Shown: one piece after another, positions 19,505-29,683 of the stretch | Position numbering within the stretch: the first letter of the stretch is position 1 | Layout: every line of letters starts with the position of its first letter | Source of the DNA: a virus | Lineage: Duplodnaviria; Caudoviricetes | IMG/VR virus record: IMGVR_UViG_3300043451_000190 | Location: 1-44,592 of that record | Direction: 5' to 3' (one strand) | Length of the DNA stretch: 44,592 bases | Program-made: the position numbers and the translations under genes | The notes under the pieces: model-generated | Database searches by the model: none | What the model saw: only the letters and a program-made list of their open reading frames with translations | What the model was told of the DNA's origin: nothing

Positions 19505-20510
19505 TATATATCTTTAATAATTTTTCTTTCCAATTTTGTTTATCACCAAACTTATCTATTAATTGAGTTTTTAGAGAATTGAATTCTTTTTCTCTTTCCT
19601 CATATGATAATTCAATGATACTCTTATAAATATTTACAAATTCTTTTTTATTACTAGCTCTAAACTTATATTCTATTTCCGGACACCATTCTTTTTCTAA
19701 TATAGGTAATTTACCATAATCTACATTCTGAAATATTGAATATCCAAATGGTTCAGCAGTAAAAGCGGAATGAGAAATTCCCCAATCCATTTCATAATAT
19801 TTTTCAGAGTATTCACTCTCGTATTGTATTTTTCTTAATTTACTAAAATCTAAACTCTTTTCTTTCAACCATGTTTTTTGAAAAGGTCTTATATTAGTAA
19901 ACATATATCCTTCTAACCCATCCAAATAATGTGGGTTTTTTCTACTCTCACATCTACTTGTAAATCCTATCTTAGTTAAAGATGATAATGGTTTATTTAT
20001 ATTGAATTCATAATAAGAAGGAATTGTTTCATACCCATCAAATACATTTTCATACAATTTATACAATCCAATCCAAATTTTATTTTTAGATTGAGCCATT
20101 ATTTTATCTTCCCATTCTTTTGAATAATGTGGTATCCATCCAAATTCGGTATCAGATAAACCACTTTGAACATATACTCTACTTAAATCATTATGAATAA
20201 TATAGCTATGTAATTTATCTAAATTTTCTTCAATTAATTCCAAAGGAGTATAATGAGAGTGTAATATATTTACTCTCCTACATTCCTTAAATTTTTCCTC
20301 AAATATATCTTTGTGATTTCCGGTTTCATCATTATACCAATAGTGTTCAATTGGTATTTCAAAATTAAAATCAATTGGTTTGTTTCTATAAATAAGTAAA
20401 ACCGGCTGAGTGTCTAAGTTATTACTTATTTCACTCAACCAGTTATTTACCCAAATATCTACTCCAGTATTGATTTTACCTAAACCTGTGGTAAAATATA
20501 CATCAAACAT
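19497..20510 (-). CDS. Glycosyltransferase, GT-B fold (GT4-like)
   Basis: N-terminal TGVDIWV loop, FTSRCESRKN, and AEPFGYSIFQNVDYGKLPI (EPFGxxxxEAxxxGxP-like). Confidence 0.75.
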   Translation of the reverse strand: MFDVYFTTGLGKINTGVDIWVNNWLSEISNNLDTQPVLLIYRNKPIDFNFEIPIEHYWYNDETGNHKDIFEEKFKECRRVNILHSHYTPLELIEENLDKLHSYIIHNDLSRVYVQSGLSDTEFGWIPHYSKEWEDKIMAQSKNKIWIGLYKLYENVFDGYETIPSYYEFNINKPLSSLTKIGFTSRCESRKNPHYLDGLEGYMFTNIRPFQKTWLKEKSLDFSKLRKIQYESEYSEKYYEMDWGISHSAFTAEPFGYSIFQNVDYGKLPILEKEWCPEIEYKFRASNKKEFVNIYKSIIELSYEEREKEFNSLKTQLIDKFGDKQNWKEKLLKIYNG

Positions 20511-20513
20511 TTA

Positions 20514-23500
20514 TTATAAACCTTTTTGTTTCTTCAAATTTTCAATCTCAACTTTCATATCGTTGATTTGAATTTGTTGTTCTTTTATACCTTCAATTAA
20601 TAAAGCAACTAACTTATCATATTTAACCGCCTTATATCCACTTTCTCTCGTCTGAACCAATTGAGGTAATACTGCTTCAATTTCTTGTGCGATTACACCC
20701 ACATCATTTCCTTCGTATCCGTGCTCAATTTTATTTTCTTCTTTCCAATCAAATGTGTTACCACTAATTTTAGAAATCTTTTCTAACGGATTTTCAATTG
20801 GTTTGATGTTATCCTTAAATCTTCTATCTGAAGAAGAGTAAGCAACCACATCATTCGTAGCATCTATTCTACCCGCAGTAGCAGATGCCGCCATTCCAAC
20901 TCCTAATGAGTTAAACTGAACATTTGATGAAGTAGCAACCGCTTGACCAATTGAAATTGTTACAGCTCCAGTTGCACCACTCACCGTCACACCCGTTCCA
21001 GCAACATTCGATGTTACACCGGCGTTTGATAAAGTTACCGATGAACCTAATGATACTGCACCTCCTCCACTTAATCCAGTTCCCGCAGTTACGGTCACCG
21101 ATGAATTTGTTAATTGAGAGTTTCCAATACCGGTAACTTGAGAAGAGCCAGAAATAACTGTATTACTATTTAATTGAGTTTTTATTCCACTAGCCCAGTT
21201 TGTAGTTGCAGTTGCATCTATTTGAGATGAACCACTTACAACTGTATTAGTATTTAATTGAGTTTTTATTCCACTAGCCCAGTTTGTAGTTGCAGTTGCA
21301 TCAACTTGTGATGAACCACTAAATGCACCAATTGCGTTTCCAATTGTTGCAGCAGTTACCGAACTACCTAATGCAGTTGATGCACCGGCAATTGTAATTG
21401 AACTATTTACTAATTGTGCATTTGTAATAGTTGAAGATGGAATAGCATTTGCAATTGTAGTTGCACTAATTGTTCCACCCAATGCAGTTGATGCACCGGC
21501 AATTGTAATACTACTATTTGTTAATGATGAATTTGCAATATTACTTAAAGTATTACTTCCACCACTTATTGTTTTATTTGTTAAAGTTTGAGAACCAGTT
21601 ACTGTCGCAGTTATTGCAGTATCAATTGATAATGTTCTTGTCGCAGCAATTGTTCCACCTCCACTTAAACCTAACCCCGCTGATATTGAAACCGAAGTGT
21701 GATCCACATGCTTATTAGCATCGTAGTTTGTTGTAGAGTTGTGGTCTATTTGAGATGAACCACTAAATGCTCCGATTGCCGCACCAATTGTTGCTGCAGT
21801 AATCGTACCACCTAATGCAGTAGATTGTCCCGCAATTGTAATCGCATTATTTGTTAAAGCGATTGTTGGAGTTGCACCTTCACCACTATTATTAGAAAGT
21901 GTGATACCACTTCCTGCTACTAATGAAGCAACATAGTTACCAGTTGTATCAGTTCCTAACGCTACTGAATCAGCAGCGATTGTAGCTACACCATTTGAAG
22001 CAATTGTAATATCACCACTTACACCAGCATAGATTCCTGTTGATACTTGTGATGAACCTGATACTAAAGATGTACCACTTGCTACTATTGATCCGGTTAC
22101 TACTAAACTTCCGCTAATTCCAATTGCATTACCACCAACTTCACTTATAATTGAATCTACGATATGGTCTCCACCGGCACTTCTTGCTATTTTACCACTT
22201 GTCAATGCAATTTCGTCACCTAATGAACCCGTATTTCTAGGACCCATTATTAACATCGCACCACTATATGATGAACCACTTGCATTTTGGTAAATCCATC
22301 TATTGTTCAACGAATCCCATGCCAATGATGCAGTTGCATTTGATGAACCACTATCATAAACTTTTAAACCTCCAAATCTTTCAGATGGTTCGTTCACATT
22401 CACTGAAATGTATGAAGTTTGAACATTCAATTGTGATGATGTTACATAAGTAATAGATGATGAACCATATACTATTAAATCTTGAGAAATATACAATGAA
22501 CCGGTAATATTTTGATTTCCAATAAATGAGTTTGAACCGGTTGTTGCATATCTACTTTCAATTGTATCCAATCTATTATTTTGTGCCAAATCAGTTACAG
22601 CGATTGAACTACTTAATGTTGTATTAGTAGAATCATTCATTGTAGCAATCGATGCACTAAATGTTGAATATCCAGTTGTTGATGAAAGGGTAATTTGTGA
22701 AGAACCACTAACCACACCTTCAGTATTTAATTTACTCTTTATTGTTGTGTTGATTGAAGAAGTAAATGTATTCAAACTTGCAGTTGCAGTGTGAATTGCA
22801 CTAATGTTTGTATTATTAGATGCGGTATATGAGTTTATACCACTATTATAAGTGTTTTGTGAACTCGTATATGTATTCAACGATGCAGTTGCAGTGTGAA
22901 TTGCACCTATTTTACTATCATTTGATGCAGTATATGTGTTTATACTACCAGTTGATACTTCTAATGAAGTTAATCTATTATTTTGAGTTGTATTAGTAGA
23001 ATCATTTGAAGAAGTATATGCATTAAATGCATTTCTAATACTTCCACTTTCCGATTCTAATGAACTTAATCTAGAAGTTGCAGAAGAAGTAAATGTATTA
23101 AATGTACCTCTAATACTTCCACTTTCAGTTTCCAATGAATCCAATCTACCATTTTGTGTACTATTAGTAGAGTTATTAGAAGCCGTATATGAATTTATAG
23201 AAGAACTAAAATCGTTTAAAGATTGTGTAGTTGCCTCTAATGCACTCAATCTATTTGTATGCAAAGAAATATTAGTATTATTCGATGCAGTATAAGAATT
23301 TAAACTTGCGGTTGTGTTTTGAATCGCAGTTAATTGAGATGATTGAGATTCATGATTATTGTTATTAGAAGATGTATAAGCATTGTATTCAGCTGCTAAT
23401 ATAATTCTATCTTCATTATTAATCGGCCCACCTTTCCAATAATTGTTTGTATTATCCCATAATAAAGAACCAGTTTCACCTGATGTAGAATCCAATACCT

Positions 23501-24503
23501 GAATTCCTCCATTACTTACACTACTTCCATTTAATTGAACGATATTATCTTCAATGTTTACAGTCGTTGAATTAACTGTTGTAGTTGCACCTTTAACTAA
23601 TAAATCACCTTTAATTGTTACCGCTGATCCAGTTAATTGAATTGCGGAAGCAATAGATGCTGAAAAAGTATTTAAACTTCCACTATTAGATTCTAAAGAT
23701 GTTAATCTACTATTTTGAGTTGTATTAGTAGAATCATTTGAAGAAGTATAAGAATTAAATGCAGTTCTAACACTTCCACTTTCAGTTTCTAATGAATTTA
23801 ATCTACTATTTTGAGTATTGTTAGTAGAATTATTAGAAGCCGTATAAGTGTTCATTGAACCACTATAAGTGTGGAATGATTGTTCTATACTTCCACTCTT
23901 TGTTTCTAATGAACCAACTCTACTATTTAAAGATGCAGTAGTTGAATGAATTGCATCTATCTTAGAATTAACCGAGGATGAATATGTTTGAACTACTCCA
24001 AATCCAGCAATAGAACTAGCACTTAATTGACCACTTAAATTTAAATCTCCACTTGCATTAGAAGTTAATGTACCAACAATTGTATTAGTAGAAGTATCAA
24101 CAATTTTAATAGATGCAGTTGAAATATAAAGGTCTTTCCACGCTTTTGTTACCGAACCTAAATCAAATGCATTTGTTGTTTGAGGAATTAAAGATGAACT
24201 TAAATTAGCTACTACATTAATAGTATCTGAATTTGCATCTCCAACTGTAATATTACCACCTAATACTAAATTACCTTTTATTTCACCATCTCCTGTTATA
24301 TGAAGTTTTGATGCTGATATAAATGATGATGCAGATACCGATAACGCAATATGTTCGGAAGTATTTCCTTGCGTTGTAAAGGTAATATCACCACTAGCTC
24401 CACCAACTTGTAGCGTAGTTAATGTGGTGTTTACATATGGTTCACCGAATGATAATGAACCGGATTTGTCTGCTGTTGAACCTCTTCTAAATTTAAGTGC
24501 CAT
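20514..24503 (-). CDS. Long tail fibre with C-terminal S74 intramolecular chaperone (1329 aa)
   Basis: N-terminal RRG..LSFGEP attachment motif, coiled-coil and beta repeats, YSSSDRRFKDNI...GVIAQEIEAVLP..VKYDKLVALLIEGIKEQ. Confidence 0.85.
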   Translation of the reverse strand: MALKFRRGSTADKSGSLSFGEPYVNTTLTTLQVGGASGDITFTTQGNTSEHIALSVSASSFISASKLHITGDGEIKGNLVLGGNITVGDANSDTINVVANLSSSLIPQTTNAFDLGSVTKAWKDLYISTASIKIVDTSTNTIVGTLTSNASGDLNLSGQLSASSIAGFGVVQTYSSSVNSKIDAIHSTTASLNSRVGSLETKSGSIEQSFHTYSGSMNTYTASNNSTNNTQNSRLNSLETESGSVRTAFNSYTSSNDSTNTTQNSRLTSLESNSGSLNTFSASIASAIQLTGSAVTIKGDLLVKGATTTVNSTTVNIEDNIVQLNGSSVSNGGIQVLDSTSGETGSLLWDNTNNYWKGGPINNEDRIILAAEYNAYTSSNNNNHESQSSQLTAIQNTTASLNSYTASNNTNISLHTNRLSALEATTQSLNDFSSSINSYTASNNSTNSTQNGRLDSLETESGSIRGTFNTFTSSATSRLSSLESESGSIRNAFNAYTSSNDSTNTTQNNRLTSLEVSTGSINTYTASNDSKIGAIHTATASLNTYTSSQNTYNSGINSYTASNNTNISAIHTATASLNTFTSSINTTIKSKLNTEGVVSGSSQITLSSTTGYSTFSASIATMNDSTNTTLSSSIAVTDLAQNNRLDTIESRYATTGSNSFIGNQNITGSLYISQDLIVYGSSSITYVTSSQLNVQTSYISVNVNEPSERFGGLKVYDSGSSNATASLAWDSLNNRWIYQNASGSSYSGAMLIMGPRNTGSLGDEIALTSGKIARSAGGDHIVDSIISEVGGNAIGISGSLVVTGSIVASGTSLVSGSSQVSTGIYAGVSGDITIASNGVATIAADSVALGTDTTGNYVASLVAGSGITLSNNSGEGATPTIALTNNAITIAGQSTALGGTITAATIGAAIGAFSGSSQIDHNSTTNYDANKHVDHTSVSISAGLGLSGGGTIAATRTLSIDTAITATVTGSQTLTNKTISGGSNTLSNIANSSLTNSSITIAGASTALGGTISATTIANAIPSSTITNAQLVNSSITIAGASTALGSSVTAATIGNAIGAFSGSSQVDATATTNWASGIKTQLNTNTVVSGSSQIDATATTNWASGIKTQLNSNTVISGSSQVTGIGNSQLTNSSVTVTAGTGLSGGGAVSLGSSVTLSNAGVTSNVAGTGVTVSGATGAVTISIGQAVATSSNVQFNSLGVGMAASATAGRIDATNDVVAYSSSDRRFKDNIKPIENPLEKISKISGNTFDWKEENKIEHGYEGNDVGVIAQEIEAVLPQLVQTRESGYKAVKYDKLVALLIEGIKEQQIQINDMKVEIENLKKQKGL
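21155..21320 (-). repeat. Tandem duplication with 84-nt (28-aa) period inside the fibre gene
   Basis: TTTATTCCACTAGCCCAGTTTGTAGTTGCAGTTGCATC at 21181 and 21265 (SGSSQ[V/I]DATATTNWASGIKTQLN). Confidence 0.9.
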
Positions 24504-24571
24504 CTATTTTTATTTTTTTTAATTCGTTTTTATATTATATAAATATTATATTGTTTTTATTATCCAAAATG

Positions 24572-25324
24572 TTATGGAACTAATAATAATTTTGTGTAAC
24601 CACTTGGAATTGCAGAAGTATTAGAACCACCATACGGGTTTGCACTCGCTACTTCTGTTACCGATGATGTTGGTTTTGTAAAATTACCGGTATAAACTCC
24701 CAATCCTTTTACAACTCTAAAGTTAGTTATATAACCATAAAATTGTTCTGATGATAACCCACCACCAGATTTAGAACCAACATAAAATGTTGCGGTATTA
24801 TTTGTAAAATTTGAGGTATAATTTGTACCACCACTATTCATTATAGTTCCATCTTTGTACAAATAAATTTTACCACTAATTCTAACCAATGCAAAATGAT
24901 ACCAAGTATTTGTTGTTACTGCCGTACTTCCCAAACTTGTTGGCGATGCACCAGTCCATACATAGTTTGTTCTACTTGCAGCACTACCCTCCTGACTTAA
25001 ACCGATAATCGGAGAATTTGTACCAGCACTACTTGCATACCAAAATATACGTGGAAATGAAGAACTTCCTCTATCATATTCAAACCATTCAATTGTAAAA
25101 TCTCCTGTTCCAAAAACAAAACCATCTTGACCTGCAACAGATAAATATGATGTTGTTGAACCACTTAATGAATATGCATTTCCACCACCACTAAATGGAC
25201 TTTGTGAAACTATACTAGCATTACTTAATGTTGGAGTAGTCACTAATGTTCCCGAAGGAGCATCTCCTCCAACTACTATTGTAGGAGTATGATGATATGA
25301 TGCTATGGCAGTAAATAATCCCAT
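24572..25324 (-). CDS. LamG / concanavalin-A-like lectin domain virion protein
   Basis: FGTGDFTIEW, WYHFALVR, LYKDG, GYITNFRVVKG..YTGNFT.P, TKLLL. Confidence 0.85.
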   Translation of the reverse strand: MGLFTAIASYHHTPTIVVGGDAPSGTLVTTPTLSNASIVSQSPFSGGGNAYSLSGSTTSYLSVAGQDGFVFGTGDFTIEWFEYDRGSSSFPRIFWYASSAGTNSPIIGLSQEGSAASRTNYVWTGASPTSLGSTAVTTNTWYHFALVRISGKIYLYKDGTIMNSGGTNYTSNFTNNTATFYVGSKSGGGLSSEQFYGYITNFRVVKGLGVYTGNFTKPTSSVTEVASANPYGGSNTSAIPSGYTKLLLVP

Positions 25325-26910
25325 TATTGTATTTGTTTAGCTCCTACTGAATATATTGTTGTGTTATTCACCATCATCATTGAAACTATATCTACCGCAC
25401 TTCCACTTGCACTTCCAGTATTGAATGATCCAGAAGGGAATTTGAAACCACTATCCCATCTTACACTTCCCGTTGTTGCCTGTTGTGTTAGAATAAGATT
25501 TGCAGTTAATCCAGGTTGCATATTTGATGCAGTTATATGAGTTATTGATGAAGAAGGTATAGTTAATGTAAAGAATGTTCCTGCTCTAAAATCAATACTC
25601 GCAGTTCCACTTGTTACACTTAATGCTATCACATTTCCCGCTACACTACCAGTTACAGTCAAACTACCACTTACTATTTGTGATCCCGTTAATGCATTTG
25701 ATCCGGTAGTTACTAATCCAACTTGAGATATTGATTTATGTCTCCATTTACCATTTACACCACTTCCATTATATTGCCATAAATCTCCATCTGAAAATGT
25801 TCCACTCACATATACCGAACTTAAATCAGAAAAATCTAATGGCTGTTGAACTGCAACATAAATTATACCACTACCACCTGGACCTGCTTTTACAACCTCT
25901 CCAACTGGAATGATTTCATATGGTGCTCCTATTGCTTGATTTGTCAATTGACCTGCTGATGATGAAACATAAAGAGTATCTCCATCATTAAATGCGTTTG
26001 TATTAACTCCTCTTACCAAACCTTGAGTTGTAACATATCCAAAAGTATGTGATTCAATATCATGAGTTGCTAATCCAATTATTTGATTTACTAAATTTAC
26101 ACTACCTGATACCGCTACTGATTGTGCTAATTGAATTTGAGGAGTATCGCCATGTGTTCCGGTAATTCTAACAGGAGTTCCATTTGTAATAGTTAAAGCA
26201 GTTCCATTATATACTCTTGTCCAGTTTTCTTGACCAACTTGTAGGGTTACATCTGCTTCCGCATTATATACATCCAAACATCCATCCGTATTATTCCAAT
26301 ATACTCTACCACTTTTCCAAGCAGGAGCCGCTGATGCAGTATTAAAATCTATATAATTTAAATTTTCAATACTACCACTTAAAGTTATACTACCACTTAT
26401 TGATTGAGAACCATTAAATTGATTTGAACCAGTTGTTGCAAACCCACTTAATCTTCCATCAACTGAAGAACTAAAATTCATCACATTTCCAATACCTACT
26501 ATACTACCACTATATCCGTTTGTAGTAATATATCCAACTGTTGAATCTCCAGCTACAATATATAATCCAGTATTTGAAGGAATTAATTGAGTTTCTCCGG
26601 AAGAATTACCAAACCAACCAATTTTACCCGCTTCAGTTCCTACTAATGGTAGGTTATTAAAATCAATTAAATATACTAATGATTGTGTTAGGAAATCATT
26701 AATAGGAGTTTCATCGGGAATATTAAAATCCCAACTATTATTAGGTAACCCATCATCTACTACAATTCCAGATAAATTACTACCATCTCCATAAAATGAA
26801 CCTGTGAATTGACTTCCGGAGAATATTGAGGAGGTTACTGCTCCAATTACTTCTAAATTATTAAGGGAAGCATCCGAACCACTAACAATGACTTTTTTCC
26901 AATTTGGCAT
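25324..26910 (-). CDS. Tail fibre / appendage protein (528 aa)
   Basis: WKKVIVSGS N-terminus and central IGLATHDI..GYVTTQGLVRG..GDTLYVS domain. Confidence 0.7.
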   Translation of the reverse strand: MPNWKKVIVSGSDASLNNLEVIGAVTSSIFSGSQFTGSFYGDGSNLSGIVVDDGLPNNSWDFNIPDETPINDFLTQSLVYLIDFNNLPLVGTEAGKIGWFGNSSGETQLIPSNTGLYIVAGDSTVGYITTNGYSGSIVGIGNVMNFSSSVDGRLSGFATTGSNQFNGSQSISGSITLSGSIENLNYIDFNTASAAPAWKSGRVYWNNTDGCLDVYNAEADVTLQVGQENWTRVYNGTALTITNGTPVRITGTHGDTPQIQLAQSVAVSGSVNLVNQIIGLATHDIESHTFGYVTTQGLVRGVNTNAFNDGDTLYVSSSAGQLTNQAIGAPYEIIPVGEVVKAGPGGSGIIYVAVQQPLDFSDLSSVYVSGTFSDGDLWQYNGSGVNGKWRHKSISQVGLVTTGSNALTGSQIVSGSLTVTGSVAGNVIALSVTSGTASIDFRAGTFFTLTIPSSSITHITASNMQPGLTANLILTQQATTGSVRWDSGFKFPSGSFNTGSASGSAVDIVSMMMVNNTTIYSVGAKQIQ

Positions 26911-26934
26911 TTAATACTATGATTTGAAAGTTAG

Positions 26935-27080
26935 TATTGTTGGAAAAATACAGGTTGGATAGAATATAAGAATGACACACTATGGGTGTTACCCATTATG
27001 AGTCTTTTCAATTGATTATTTCTTTTCTATCGCGGTTGGTAACACTTTATGTGCCCACTCCCTTTTCAGGCCAACAATAT
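26935..27080 (-). ncRNA. Candidate structured cis-regulatory RNA in the 5' leader of the 528-aa fibre gene
   Basis: 9-bp closing stem, GAAA tetraloop hairpin and several nested stems in a locally GC-enriched intergenic region between a promoter motif and the ATG. Confidence 0.55.
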
Positions 27081-27112
27081 CAACAATAAATATTAGATTT
27101 TATTAATAAAAG

Positions 27113-27144
27113 AAAAAAACAATAACCCTTTCGGATTATTGTTT
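27113..27144 (-). terminator. Rho-independent terminator
   Basis: AAACAATAATCC-GAAAG-GGTTATTGTTT then TTTT on the minus strand. Confidence 0.8.
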
Positions 27145-27387
27145 CTTCTCTAAATATCTCTTTTGTAATTTGAGTATGATACTATAAATTATTTCTAACT
27201 CCGTACCTTTGAATGTTGAGTTTTTAATTAAATTAAAGAGATACTCAAACTCTTCGATGGTTAAATCAACTCCCGTTGATTTTTCCTTTTTTGGTTGTTG
27301 AACTTCTTCTTTTTGAATTGGTTGTTCAACTTGTTGTTCTTGTTGTTGCTTTGGTTCTTTTGTTGCAACTTTACTAAAAATACCCAT
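27136..27387 (-). CDS. Hypothetical protein (83 aa), Q/E-rich N-terminus
   Basis: Clean ORF with a helical C-terminus. Confidence 0.7.
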   Translation of the reverse strand: MGIFSKVATKEPKQQQEQQVEQPIQKEEVQQPKKEKSTGVDLTIEEFEYLFNLIKNSTFKGTELEIIYSIILKLQKRYLEKKQ

Positions 27388-27409
27388 AACCTTATTTCTA
27401 TTTTAATTA

Positions 27410-28441
27410 TTAAACATATATGTAAATCTCACCTGCTTCAACTCTGATATTACCTACTTGTTGATATGCAGGGATATCAGTTGTTACTACTGATGCTACA
27501 TATGCATCGGGTACGAATGAAGTTGCAGATGAATCGAATGATCCACTGAATCCCCATCTTAAAGTACCAGCATCAAATGCAAATGCATGTCCAATACCAC
27601 TTCCTTCATCAACTACTAAACCGGCCTCATCTGGATTTGTTGAACCACTATTTAATAAGATAAATTTATCTTCAACCGCTAAATTAGTTACATTTAAGTA
27701 TGATAAATCACCATTTACAGTCAAATCACCACCAACTGTCAATGCTCCTGGCATCGATACAGCAGAACCATTTAATGTAATAGCAGTTGTTCCGCCATTT
27801 GATTTAATATCATTACCACCAACTGTCAAATCTCCAACAACTGTCACATTTTCACCACTTAAGGTTAAAGCAGTTGCAGTAGATGAACTAATGTCGTTTC
27901 CGGTAATTTTAATATCCCCAGCAAAAGTAGTTAAAGTGTTAGAGGTTAAAGTAATATTAGCATTACCATCTGATGCCTGAATATCATTTCCTCCAACTTT
28001 CACATCACCTGCAAAAGTAGTTAGGGTATTAGAAGTTAAAGTAATATTTGTATTACCATCACTTGCTTTAATATCATTACCACCGATTGTAATATCACCG
28101 GTAATTGTAGGATTATCTACCAATCCAATTGTTACCGTCTGACCACTAACTGTGGTATTAATTTCATTTGAGGCACCGGTAATTGTTAAATCTTGAGTCT
28201 TTAACTGAATTGCTCCGGTAGAAGCATCTGAACCACTAATATTTAAGGTTGATACCAATCCGGTTAATCCACTACCTTCTCCGACAAATGAACCGGTGAA
28301 CGAACCGGATAAAATTGTATTTGATTGGTTAGTTCCTATTTTATTGTATCCAGTTGCACCAACTACAATTGCGTTTGAAGCCGATACAATAGCTAAATCC
28401 GCATTAGATCCGGATACTATAATTTTTTTCCACTGTGCCAT
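27410..28441 (-). CDS. Fibre-like structural protein with beta repeats
   Basis: WKKIIVSGS N-terminus; repeated GGNDIxASDGNxNITLTSNTLTTFAGD units; VEDKFILLNSG. Confidence 0.7.
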   Translation of the reverse strand: MAQWKKIIVSGSNADLAIVSASNAIVVGATGYNKIGTNQSNTILSGSFTGSFVGEGSGLTGLVSTLNISGSDASTGAIQLKTQDLTITGASNEINTTVSGQTVTIGLVDNPTITGDITIGGNDIKASDGNTNITLTSNTLTTFAGDVKVGGNDIQASDGNANITLTSNTLTTFAGDIKITGNDISSSTATALTLSGENVTVVGDLTVGGNDIKSNGGTTAITLNGSAVSMPGALTVGGDLTVNGDLSYLNVTNLAVEDKFILLNSGSTNPDEAGLVVDEGSGIGHAFAFDAGTLRWGFSGSFDSSATSFVPDAYVASVVTTDIPAYQQVGNIRVEAGEIYIYV

Positions 28442-28533
28442 GTTATATTTTTACTTTATGAGTTTTTGGGGTTATATTAAATAACACATATAAATATATA
28501 AATCTTTACAAAAAGATATTATGATATATTATG

Positions 28534-29202
28534 TTATGAGCCATCTGATAAATAAAAATAACCATCGGTAGAGAAATATATACCACCGCTTACCGCCGTT
28601 GGAGCAGATGATTGAGGTTGTAATACCATACTACCACTTAATATAACATCACCATTCTTAAAAATAGTGGTTTGTTTGTTTGTATAATTGTTATAAATGT
28701 TTCCTATTACTAATTGAGAATCTGAACTTTGTGATGTGCTTAATTTAGTAAAAATCAATTCACTACCACTTACTACTTGTCCAAATATTAAAGATGCACT
28801 TATTGAACCGGTAACCCAAAGTTTTCCTTGATCCGAAAATGATAATAAATCTCCACTATTATCAAATATTCTAAAAGCAGTTCCACCACTACTAACTGAT
28901 GCGGTTACATCTCCACTTGCAATTTGATTTAATTGCAATCCAACAACTCCTCCTGCAGGTATATTTACTAATCCACTTGCATCTCCGAAAAAACTTCCAC
29001 TAAATGAACCGGTGTAAGAACCACTAAATGCCTCTAATACATCTATTCTTTCGTTAAGAGAAGATGATACGGAGTTAAATCCTTCACCTCTGGCACCTTG
29101 AGGCCCAGCAGCAATCACTTTTACAATCCTAGCACCTTCAACGGGTTCGGTTACTACAACTGTACTATTTTCACTATTTATGATTACTTTATTACTAGCC
29201 AT
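28534..29202 (-). CDS. Putative structural protein
   Basis: GPQGARGE collagen-like triplets and SGS-rich motifs shared with neighbouring fibres. Confidence 0.6.
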   Translation of the reverse strand: MASNKVIINSENSTVVVTEPVEGARIVKVIAAGPQGARGEGFNSVSSSLNERIDVLEAFSGSYTGSFSGSFFGDASGLVNIPAGGVVGLQLNQIASGDVTASVSSGGTAFRIFDNSGDLLSFSDQGKLWVTGSISASLIFGQVVSGSELIFTKLSTSQSSDSQLVIGNIYNNYTNKQTTIFKNGDVILSGSMVLQPQSSAPTAVSGGIYFSTDGYFYLSDGS

Positions 29203-29204
29203 TA

Positions 29205-29612
29205 TTAAATTCTAGTTACTTCTTTTTTGTTTAAGATTGTTCCTTCTAATAATCTATAAACTTCATCACCACTATATAACTCAATATCATAAACCGCTTC
29301 TTCAAATGTAAAAGTAGCAGTTGTATCTGCATGTAAATAAACCAATACTGCACCACTTATTGCAGCTGCACTACCAGTTCCTGCACTTCCACTAAATGCC
29401 AAATAACTTCCGGTTTGTGCCGCAGAAGATGTTATCAATGGCAATGTTGCAAAAAGTTTGTTTTTAGTATTATCCGCATAATCTGAACGGATTTGCATTT
29501 GAGCATCATACCCTTGTAAATCAATGTATGATCCAGAAGCATCAGTATATTCTATACCGAATCTATAAGTTGCACCTTGCTCTATTGTAAATGAATATTT
29601 CCCCGCTGACAT
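29205..29612 (-). CDS. BppU-like Ig-fold fibre/baseplate adaptor
   Basis: IEQGATY, IDLQGYDAQMQIR, AVYDIEL, RLLEG pattern. Confidence 0.65.
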   Translation of the reverse strand: MSAGKYSFTIEQGATYRFGIEYTDASGSYIDLQGYDAQMQIRSDYADNTKNKLFATLPLITSSAAQTGSYLAFSGSAGTGSAAAISGAVLVYLHADTTATFTFEEAVYDIELYSGDEVYRLLEGTILNKKEVTRI

Positions 29613-29683
29613 TTTAAATTAATAAATTGTTTTGTTTTAATCTACTATAAATATGGTAAAGAAAATATAATCAAATATTTTAA

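Noticed and set aside
26935-27080. Assignment to a known riboswitch or ribozyme (c-di-GMP-I/II, hammerhead, tRNA)
   Set aside because: Only fragmentary resemblance; full consensus cores could not be matched by eye.
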